Part shown: piece by piece, positions 1 through 7,467 of the stretch
Position numbering within the stretch: the first letter of the stretch is position 1
Layout of the letters: the number at the start of each line of letters is the position of its first letter
Source of the DNA: an uncultured archaeon
Lineage (GTDB): Archaea > Asgardarchaeota > Thorarchaeia > Thorarchaeales > CAZPUN01
Assembly: GCA_964589775.1 (NCBI GenBank)
Contig: CAZPUN010000004.1
Location: forward strand, 1-32,000
Length of the DNA: 32,000 nt
Direction of reading: 5' to 3'
Program-made: the position numbers and the translations under genes
Notes under the pieces: model-generated
Databases searched by the model: none
What the model saw: only the letters and a program-made list of their open reading frames with translations
Told to the model about the DNA's origin: nothing

Positions 1-1047
1 TAATTTCATAGGTACTTTAAAATTAACATTTAATTTGTATATACCTTTCAAAACCATAACTGATTTACCTAAAGTGCCAATGGCGATCTCATTCAATCCA
101 TCATTATTTACATCTCCGACTGCTAAGGCTAATGTCTTCGCGCCTATATCTAATTCAGCGAGTTTTGTTAGTTGTGCCATTTGCATATTGTATATCTCAA
201 CTTTTTTATCTGCAGTTATGGAAATAATTTCTGCCATGTGGTCTCCACTAATTTCTTTAATTTTTATAAACCGAGCTTTTGCGTCTTTTAGCTCTGTAAA
301 GTCTACAAGCTTGCTTTCTTCATTTCTAAAAACTCTAATCGTACCATCTGCGGTTACAATTCCTAATTCTTCCTTTCGATCTCCTATGAGATCCCCTGAG
401 GAAATTGAGATTACCGGTTTTGATAACTGAATTTTGGAAATCTCCTGAGATGATGAATCTTCAATTCTATATGCTCTTAACGTATTATCTTTGTTTCCAG
501 TAACTACTTCTTTGATCTCATCACCATCAACATCAGCAATTCCAATTGATAATGGCATATCTTGCTGTTTAATTACGGTGATTGGATTTAATGTATTTCC
601 TATTAATTTATAAACACGTATCGTACTATCGCTTGCTCCAATTATGACCTCGTTTTCTCCATCACCATTACAGCATGCAACCCCTACAGATGTGACAAAT
701 CGATCGATATTTAGTTCCGTTATTAAGTTTAGTTTATTGTTCTCAAATCTAAAAATCTGGAACGTAGGCGCTTCACCTGGTGTTTTCTTAGGTCCTATGC
801 TACTTCCAACTACAATTTCATTTCGCCCATCATTGTCTGCATCTGCAATTTGAATCGCCAATATACTACCTGAAGCTTTTGTGGATACAATTTCAGTAAG
901 TTGTCCATTCGCAGAATAAATTTTTAAATTTCCTTCAGTATCGCCAATACATAGAACTTTAGTGCCTTTATTTAAAGCATCTCCAATTGCGATTGCTGAA
1001 GTTGATTTTTCGGCGGTATTTTCGTACAAGACCTTTAATTTTTCCAT
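1..1047 (-). CDS. FG-GAP/VCBS-repeat 7-bladed beta-propeller protein, no signal peptide; 3' end runs off the window
   Basis: Absent from the ORF track because there is no stop in the window. Manual translation from ATG 1047 gives 349 open codons (MEKLKVLYENTAEKSTSAIAIGDALNKG...). Seven blade motifs: GDALNKGTKVLCIG, ADADNDGRNEIVVG, ACCNGDGENEVIIG, ADVDGDEIKEVVTG, GDLIGDRKEELGIV, KEISGDHMAEIISI, GDVNNDGLNEIAIG. CAGGT RBS-like sequence upstream. Confidence 0.88.
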   Translation of the reverse strand, partial: MEKLKVLYENTAEKSTSAIAIGDALNKGTKVLCIGDTEGNLKIYSANGQLTEIVSTKASGSILAIQIADADNDGRNEIVVGSSIGPKKTPGEAPTFQIFRFENNKLNLITELNIDRFVTSVGVACCNGDGENEVIIGASDSTIRVYKLIGNTLNPITVIKQQDMPLSIGIADVDGDEIKEVVTGNKDNTLRAYRIEDSSSQEISKIQLSKPVISISSGDLIGDRKEELGIVTADGTIRVFRNEESKLVDFTELKDAKARFIKIKEISGDHMAEIISITADKKVEIYNMQMAQLTKLAELDIGAKTLALAVGDVNNDGLNEIAIGTLGKSVMVLKGIYKLNVNFKVPMKL

Positions 1048-1359
1048 TTTTTATTACCTGCAGAAAATTTATTGTTTGGGGTAGGTACATTTAATTATTA
1101 ATGCCCTTATTCTGATAAAATTTTTTTTCTATTGATAAAAACATTTGCTTTATCGCGCTATTTCTTATGTAATTATATTTATAAATGTTTTATCGTTCAT
1201 AATCTCTATAATAAAGTGAAAAATTCATAAGGACAACCATAATTTGGTTTATTTGAAAAGTGTTATTAATGGTTTTCACAATTAAAAAATAAGATTCAAC
1301 TCAAATTCAATTTATAGTTTAAAATTACAAAATACAACGTTAATGGATGTGAATTGAAT

Positions 1360-1773
1360 ATGTCTGAAGAAAATGAAAAAATAAGTCTTCTGGACGACCT
1401 CGTGCCCGAAAATTTACGTATTATTGATGGGATCGTTAGCGTAAACATGGCTGAAGATGTAACATTCTTTGAAACAGATGATTATTTACTAGTTGAGATT
1501 TTTCCACGGGGTCATCCTGTAAGCGCTTATAAAGTCGCACGAGCTATCAGGGATATTATTGGAAATAGCAACAAGCTTGTTGTAATTCGTGGCTATGGCT
1601 TTAAAGGAACTGGAGTTTCAGCTACAATTGCCCACGAATTAAAACAGCAAAGGAAGAATATAAATTACAAGATTGCTTTTGATACATTTACCGCAATAAA
1701 TACCGAAACTGATGAGAAATATGTATCAGTTCAACTTGTAATTATTCCTGAAAGCTTAATTAAATCAGCATAA
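1360..1773 (+). CDS. Alba/SpoVS-like fold protein with acidic N-terminal extension (putative nucleic-acid binding)
   Basis: C-terminal ~90 aa (AYKVARAIRDII...LVVIRGYGFKGTGVSATIAHELK...IAFDTF...EKYVSVQLVI) follows the Alba/SpoVS beta-alpha-beta-alpha-beta-beta pattern. ATG 1360 is preceded by GGATGTGA; the ORF track starts at TTG 1354. Confidence 0.6.
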   Translation: MSEENEKISLLDDLVPENLRIIDGIVSVNMAEDVTFFETDDYLLVEIFPRGHPVSAYKVARAIRDIIGNSNKLVVIRGYGFKGTGVSATIAHELKQQRKNINYKIAFDTFTAINTETDEKYVSVQLVIIPESLIKSA

Positions 1774-1848
1774 TGCCCTTTCTTTTGTATATCTTTTATA
1801 ACATTCTTCTAAATTTTTATTGTATTTCTTTAATGGATTCTTTCATAT

Positions 1849-1866
1849 CGAAAACGCTTTATATTC
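1849..1866 (+). promoter_or_regulatory. Archaeal BRE + TATA box for the por operon
   Basis: CGAAAACGC-TTTATATT about 55 bp upstream of the porG start; GAGGTGA RBS before TTG 1918. Confidence 0.55.
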
Positions 1867-1917
1867 TAAATGTTCTCTCTGTTATTTGTAATTAGTTTTA
1901 AGTGAGGTGATATTATA

Positions 1918-2490
1918 TTGTCATTCACCGAAGGCATTTTGGAGTTCGAGTGGCATGGACGCGGAGGACAAGGTGTTGTTACTGCAAATCAACTCCTTGG
2001 CTCTGCTGCTTTGAAAGAAGGTAAATATATTCAAGCTTTTCCAGAATTTGGTCCTGAGCGTACTGGTGCGCCAGTAAAAGCTTTCTTGAGAATTAGTGAT
2101 AAGGTCATTAATATCTATTCTCAAGTTCAACATCCTGATGTATCCATTGTTATTGACCCAACATTATTGTCATTGATTAACCCTGTTGAGCGACTGAAAG
2201 AAAATGGAACTCTAATCGTTAATTCCAACAAAAAGCCAAAAGACATCCGCGATGAACTTAATTTTCATCATGGTAAATTAGCGGTTGTAAATGCATCAGA
2301 GATTGCGCTTTCAATTTTGAAGAGAATGTTCTATAATACTCCAATGTTGGGTGCAGTAGTTGCTGTTACTCAAGTTGTGAAGTTAGCAAATATCGAAGAT
2401 GTTGTACTTGAGCGATTTGGCGAAAAACTGGGATCACTAAACATTCAGGCAATTAAGAAAGCCGCAGAGGAGGTATTAATAGATGAGTAA
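1918..2490 (+). CDS. porG: Pyruvate/2-oxoacid:ferredoxin oxidoreductase gamma subunit
   Basis: WHGRGGQGVVTA and QAFPEFGPERTGAPV motifs. Confidence 0.95.
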   Translation: MSFTEGILEFEWHGRGGQGVVTANQLLGSAALKEGKYIQAFPEFGPERTGAPVKAFLRISDKVINIYSQVQHPDVSIVIDPTLLSLINPVERLKENGTLIVNSNKKPKDIRDELNFHHGKLAVVNASEIALSILKRMFYNTPMLGAVVAVTQVVKLANIEDVVLERFGEKLGSLNIQAIKKAAEEVLIDE

Positions 2491-2770
2491 GAAATATTAT
2501 GAGATCCCTCTGGCCGGTAATATAATTGAACCTGGTAATTCTGAAAAATACTTAACCGGCACATGGAGATCTGAACGACCTGTTATTGATGAAAGTAAAT
2601 GTTTGTGGACAAAACATGATTCATGTTTGAAATGTTTTGTTTATTGTCCCGATAGTGCAATTATAGTATCTCCAGGACACATTGAGGTAAAATACTCACA
2701 TTGTAAGGGCTGTGGTGTATGTGCTCACGAATGCCCTGTAAAGTGTATTGAAATGGTTCCGGAGGTGTAA
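2483..2770 (+). CDS. porD: Pyruvate/2-oxoacid:ferredoxin oxidoreductase delta subunit (2[4Fe-4S])
   Basis: TGTWRSERPVID, CxxCxxxCP and YSHCKGCGVCAHECP; overlaps porG by 8 bp. Confidence 0.95.
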   Translation: MSKKYYEIPLAGNIIEPGNSEKYLTGTWRSERPVIDESKCLWTKHDSCLKCFVYCPDSAIIVSPGHIEVKYSHCKGCGVCAHECPVKCIEMVPEV

Positions 2771-2773
2771 TTA

Positions 2774-3967
2774 ATGGCTGCAGAATCTAAAAAGCGCATT
2801 ATGGGTTTGATTGGTGATGATGCCGTTGCATGGGCATGGCGACAATCTAATGTCGATGTTGTTGCGGCTTTTCCAATCACTCCTCAGACATTTATCGTTG
2901 AGACTTTTGACAAGTTTGTTGCAAACGGTCTTGTTGATACTGAGTTTATAACTGTTGAAAGCGAGCACAGTGCTATGTCTGCATGTGTTGGTGCAAGTGC
3001 CGCGGGAGCAAGAGTTGCAACTGCTACTGCAGCCAACGGTCTTGCTTTAATGTGGGAAATATTGTATATTGCTGCATCATCAAGACTTCCCATTGTTCTC
3101 AATGTTGCAAATCGTGCATTATCCTCACCAATTAACATTCACTGTGACCATTCAGATGCAATGGGTGCTCGTGATTCCGGATTCATTCAAATTTTCGTAC
3201 AAGGTGCTCAAGAAGCTTATGATACCACAATAATGGCATTCAAGCTTGCAGAACATGAAGATGTATTACTTCCTGTAATGGTTAATCTTGATGGATTTAT
3301 TGTATCTCATAATCTTGAGCGTGTTGAACTTCTGCCTGATGATGTTGTCAAGAAGTTCTTAGGTGTACGTAAGCCAAGCTTCAAACTTGACCCGAAGAAT
3401 CCAATAACAATTGGTCCTCTTGCATTAACTGATTATTATTTTGAGTTTAAGAAGCAACAAGATGATGCAATGAAGAAAGTTCCAGAAGTTTACAAGAAAG
3501 TCATGGAAGAATATGAAGCAATTTCTGGGCGCCGATATGACATTGTTGAAAAGTATAAGACTGACGATGCAGATGTTATTATGGTGATTTTAGGTTCCAC
3601 CGCTGGTACCGGAAAAGTAGTTGTAGATCATCTGCGAAAGAACGGAGAAAAAGTTGGACTACTTCGTCTTAGAATGTTTCGTCCATTCCCCGTCGATATT
3701 ATTCGCGAGACCTTGAAAGATGCAAAGGGCGTAGCTGTTTTTGATAGAGCTATGTCTTTTGGTGGTGCTGCTGGCCCTATTGGAATGGAAGTTCGTACTG
3801 CGCTATATGATTTAGAAAAGAAGCCAATCATTACGAATTTCATATATGGTCTTGGTGGTCGTGATGTGCCTCCTGAACTAATTGTTGATGGCGTACGACG
3901 AACACAAAAAGCAATTGAGAAAGGGAAAGCGCCAGCACTTTATGAAACATTAGGGGTGAGAGAATAA
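2774..3967 (+). CDS. porA: Pyruvate/2-oxoacid:ferredoxin oxidoreductase alpha subunit
   Basis: AAFPITPQT, VESEHSAMSAC, NRALSSPINIHCDHSD and GLGGRD motifs. Confidence 0.95.
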   Translation: MAAESKKRIMGLIGDDAVAWAWRQSNVDVVAAFPITPQTFIVETFDKFVANGLVDTEFITVESEHSAMSACVGASAAGARVATATAANGLALMWEILYIAASSRLPIVLNVANRALSSPINIHCDHSDAMGARDSGFIQIFVQGAQEAYDTTIMAFKLAEHEDVLLPVMVNLDGFIVSHNLERVELLPDDVVKKFLGVRKPSFKLDPKNPITIGPLALTDYYFEFKKQQDDAMKKVPEVYKKVMEEYEAISGRRYDIVEKYKTDDADVIMVILGSTAGTGKVVVDHLRKNGEKVGLLRLRMFRPFPVDIIRETLKDAKGVAVFDRAMSFGGAAGPIGMEVRTALYDLEKKPIITNFIYGLGGRDVPPELIVDGVRRTQKAIEKGKAPALYETLGVRE

Positions 3968-3968
3968 A

Positions 3969-4943
3969 ATGACAACAAAACTTGATTTATCTCCGAAAGC
4001 AATAGCAAAGATAGATATTCCATTTGCAAGTGGGCATCGCTTATGTGCTGGATGTGCTGCAGGTACTATTGTTCGTCAGGTAATGATGGCACTCAGGGGT
4101 CCTACGATCTTTGTTAATGCAACCGGATGTTTAGAAGTTGCTACTACAATTTATCCATATACTGCTTGGAAAGTGCCTTGGATTCATGTTGCCTTTGAAA
4201 ACGCAGCTGCAGTTGCAAGTGGCATAGAAAGTGCTATTAAAGTTATGCGAAGAAAGGGCATCATTGAAGACGAGCATGTTGATATAATCGCCTTTGGTGG
4301 TGATGGTGGTACTTTTGATATTGGTCTTCAAGCACTATCTGGCGCTTTAGAACGAGGTCATGATTTCGTATATATCGTTTATGATAACTATGCATATCAG
4401 AATACTGGAATTCAGCGTAGTGGTGCTACTTTATTCGGGCAATCTACAACTACTTCATGGGCTGGTACTAAAATTCCCGGTAAAATCCAATGGAAGAAAC
4501 CTTTTGCAGAAATTGCAGCAGCTCACAGAATTCCTTATGTTGCTACTGCATCGCCTTACTATTGGCAAGATTTAGTGAAGAAGGTTCGAAAAGCATTAGA
4601 AGTTGAAGGTCCTGCAGTAATTCATGCGGTATCTTCATGTACTCGTGGTTGGAGATTCCCGCCTGAACTGAGCATTGAATTAACAAAAGTTGCTGTTGAA
4701 ACATTGATTCATCCTCTATATGAAGTATTTGATGGCAAAGAATATCACATTACGAAAATGATCAAAAAGCCAAAGCCTGTAACAGAATTCTTCAAATTGC
4801 AGGGTCAATTTAAGCACTTACTAACTCCTGAATGGTCTCATATAACCAAGCAATTTCAAGAGCGTGTTCTTGAGGATTATCGACTTCTATTAAAGAAGGC
4901 AGGAATTGAGCTTCCTGAGGGTGAACCCAAAATAGAAGCGTAA
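3969..4943 (+). CDS. porB: Pyruvate/2-oxoacid:ferredoxin oxidoreductase beta subunit (TPP-binding)
   Basis: GHRLCAGC, NATGCLEV and the TPP motif GGDGGTFDIG...DN..YQNTGIQRS. Confidence 0.95.
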   Translation: MTTKLDLSPKAIAKIDIPFASGHRLCAGCAAGTIVRQVMMALRGPTIFVNATGCLEVATTIYPYTAWKVPWIHVAFENAAAVASGIESAIKVMRRKGIIEDEHVDIIAFGGDGGTFDIGLQALSGALERGHDFVYIVYDNYAYQNTGIQRSGATLFGQSTTTSWAGTKIPGKIQWKKPFAEIAAAHRIPYVATASPYYWQDLVKKVRKALEVEGPAVIHAVSSCTRGWRFPPELSIELTKVAVETLIHPLYEVFDGKEYHITKMIKKPKPVTEFFKLQGQFKHLLTPEWSHITKQFQERVLEDYRLLLKKAGIELPEGEPKIEA

Positions 4944-4967
4944 TTTTCTTTCTTTTTTTCTTTTTCA
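4944..4967 (+). terminator. Oligo-T archaeal terminator after porB
   Basis: TTTTCTTTCTTTTTTTCTTTTTC-type pyrimidine run directly after the stop codon. Confidence 0.55.
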
Positions 4968-5003
4968 TAAATTCTATATATGTGTCTTGTAACATTATTT
5001 TGT

Positions 5004-5348
5004 ATGGCAAATAAACTTAATATTGAAGTAAAATGGAAATTTTGGCTTGAAATAAATGGTAAGCCTGCAATAGGTCCTGGAAAATTTATGTTACTAGATG
5101 CGATAAATCGTACAGGCTCAATATCTGCAGCAGCTCGGGAACTTGGGCTCAGTTTTAAAAAGGCATGGCTTATGATTCACGAATTAGAAAACGCTTTGGG
5201 AAAATCTATTGTAGAAAGTCATCGGGGCGGGTCTGAAAAGGGCCAATCAAAGTTAACAGATCTTGGTCTTGATTTGTTATCCTATTATAAGCGCATGCTT
5301 GAGATTGCTTCGGAGTTTGAGAAGAAAATCAATCTTAATAATATTTGA
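5004..5348 (+). CDS. ModE N-terminal-type winged-helix regulator (no TOBE/Mop domain)
   Basis: IGPGKFMLLDAINRTGSISAAARELGLSFKKAW...HRGGSEKGQSKLT. ATG 5004 is more likely than 4980. Confidence 0.88.
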   Translation: MANKLNIEVKWKFWLEINGKPAIGPGKFMLLDAINRTGSISAAARELGLSFKKAWLMIHELENALGKSIVESHRGGSEKGQSKLTDLGLDLLSYYKRMLEIASEFEKKINLNNI

Positions 5349-5506
5349 TTATCATTTTATACATTTTTTATATCCCTAATACGTAATACTGTGAAAAAAA
5401 TTATCTACAAATGTTATTTTCTAATATATATTCTGTAAATTTAGCATACATAATAAATAAATATTTTATCGCCTTTCTTTTATAATAAAAATGAAGGGAG
5501 TGTTTT

Positions 5507-5770
5507 ATGAAAGCATATATGATGTTAAAAGTATACCCTGCTAAAGAAGATTATGTGATAAAAGAAATCCAAGAGATCCCATCTGTTGAGGAAGTTCATA
5601 AGGTATTCGGAGAATATGATATTATTGTTGAAGTTATTGGTCATACGTTTGAACAAATTGTTGAAGTAACATCCAATAAGATCCGTTCAATTGAGGGAAT
5701 AAAAGAAACATCTACTCATCTTGTTGTTGATTCTGAAATAGACTATAGTGCTACGACTATCGGACATTAA
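5507..5770 (+). CDS. Lrp/AsnC ligand-binding (RAM) domain protein, stand-alone
   Basis: EVHKVFGEYDIIVEV...KIRSIEGIKETSTHLV; GGGAGTG RBS. Confidence 0.9.
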   Translation: MKAYMMLKVYPAKEDYVIKEIQEIPSVEEVHKVFGEYDIIVEVIGHTFEQIVEVTSNKIRSIEGIKETSTHLVVDSEIDYSATTIGH

Positions 5771-5851
5771 AATCATATCTACTTTTTTTTGTGGTGGTTA
5801 TATATTTTTTACAAATACTATATAATAAAGTTAAATTTGGTGAATCAAAAA

Positions 5852-7327
5852 ATGTCAAATTCATTAGTTGTATTATTTGATGTTTTGCAATTATTAATGA
5901 ATCTTATTGCAGCCTTTCTCTTAATTCATAAATGGTCTAAACAGAATGTCCGCTTTAAATCAGATATTTCATTTGTTATGGGCGTTTCATTGTTAATTCA
6001 ATCATTTGCGTATGCGATTGATGTTATGCTAGATTTTGGAATTTTACAAAGTTCATATCTGCTGCTTCGAATACGCGCTGAGATTATTGCATTCTTCTTT
6101 ACACCCCTATTATATATTCTACTAAAAGTCTGGTTTTCAAAAAGATTAATATTGAGAAAATTAATTGCAGGAATTCCTTTTGTGTATTTTACATTTGTAT
6201 GTATTGTGGCACCTGATTATGTAACTTTAGTTGCATTTGCAGTTCCAGCTGTGTTATTTACTTCATTGCTGACATTGATTACTATTGGTATAGCATGGTA
6301 TACTAACCGACTAAACGAAATAAATACGCCTTACGCAATGTTGGGTATTTTATTTGTCATGTTTGGTCAGGGAATTCGTGCGTCATTTATATCTATGGGA
6401 CTCATAGAAATACCTGAACTTATAGATACAATTGGTTGGTTCTTTGTCATTTATTCATTATTGACGCAAAGAAAAATAATAGACCCCTCATCAAAAACAA
6501 TATTGAAGGATCTTGGAATTGGTTTTGGACTAATGATGTTTGCACTTGCATACATTTTTAGAATATTTGATATTTTTGTGTTGCGACTTGAAGAGACTCC
6601 ATTCAAGATATGGTCTTCCAAATTAATACCCCTCATAATTATCTTTGTTGCAATGTACTTCTTAACAGGCAAGAGTTCTTTCTTAGATGCTCTAAGCTTA
6701 TCTAAAAAGAAAGTATTTCCTGCACTTTATATTGGTGTATTTGTTGGGATTCTTACATTCATTATTGTTGATATTTTGCCTCAAGGCATCTATGAAGTAG
6801 CTTCTGGAAATCCGCTTATATTCGGGCTTTCTTTCTATACGCCTATTGTATGGTCCATATTCTTTTATGCAATTAATGCAGTATTTGAAGAAATTCTCTT
6901 TCGTGTTATACTGCTAAATGGATTTACAAAATATGTAAAGCCACATATTGCTATATTACTTCAAGGATTAATGTTTGGACTATGGCATGTTGTATGGGGC
7001 ATTTACAATGCAACGGACCTAACATCTGCAATACTCTTATCTACTCAGTACTTTATATTTACAAGTATTATCGGAATCGTTCTAGGTGTATATTATGTAT
7101 ACTTTGCAAATATGAGCTGTATATGGGGACCTATAGGGTTTCATTTTGCTATCGATTTCTTTAGAGAACATATTTATATCGTATCATCCCAATTACAGGG
7201 CCCAGCCATGTCTACAAATAGCTTTTATATTTTAATTCAGCTGCTCATTGGAATTCCATATTTGATAGTTCTGACATATCTTCTTTATACGAAACGTTCA
7301 GTGCAGTCTGTTGAAATAGATGCATAA
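5852..7327 (+). CDS. Polytopic membrane protein: N-terminal ~7TM domain fused to a CPBP (Abi/Rce1-type CAAX) intramembrane metalloprotease
   Basis: CPBP motifs EEILFR, FGLWH and HFAID in the C-terminal half; seven hydrophobic segments in the first ~205 aa. ATG 5852 is preceded by GGTGA. Confidence 0.82.
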   Translation: MSNSLVVLFDVLQLLMNLIAAFLLIHKWSKQNVRFKSDISFVMGVSLLIQSFAYAIDVMLDFGILQSSYLLLRIRAEIIAFFFTPLLYILLKVWFSKRLILRKLIAGIPFVYFTFVCIVAPDYVTLVAFAVPAVLFTSLLTLITIGIAWYTNRLNEINTPYAMLGILFVMFGQGIRASFISMGLIEIPELIDTIGWFFVIYSLLTQRKIIDPSSKTILKDLGIGFGLMMFALAYIFRIFDIFVLRLEETPFKIWSSKLIPLIIIFVAMYFLTGKSSFLDALSLSKKKVFPALYIGVFVGILTFIIVDILPQGIYEVASGNPLIFGLSFYTPIVWSIFFYAINAVFEEILFRVILLNGFTKYVKPHIAILLQGLMFGLWHVVWGIYNATDLTSAILLSTQYFIFTSIIGIVLGVYYVYFANMSCIWGPIGFHFAIDFFREHIYIVSSQLQGPAMSTNSFYILIQLLIGIPYLIVLTYLLYTKRSVQSVEIDA

Positions 7328-7332
7328 ATCAC

Positions 7333-7356
7333 GCCGATTTTTCGGCATTCTTTTTT
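7333..7356 (+). terminator. Hairpin plus T-tract terminator
   Basis: GCCGA-TTTT-TCGGC followed by ATTCTTTTTT, just after stop 7327. Confidence 0.6.
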
Positions 7357-7467
7357 ATAATAAAAAATATATATCTATGACATACAATACATTAGCTAAT
7401 TATGGATAAAGTATTATTATTAAATAGTAATTAAAAAAGCATTCAGAGAAGTAAAGGGGAATGTAGT

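Noticed and set aside
35-853. Plus-strand ORFs 35..430 and 644..853
   Set aside because: Antisense shadows of the minus-strand propeller gene 1..1047.
4970-5000. ModE box upstream of the ModE-like gene
   Set aside because: Only a loose TATATA...TAAC match in very AT-rich DNA; not distinguishable from background or a TATA box.
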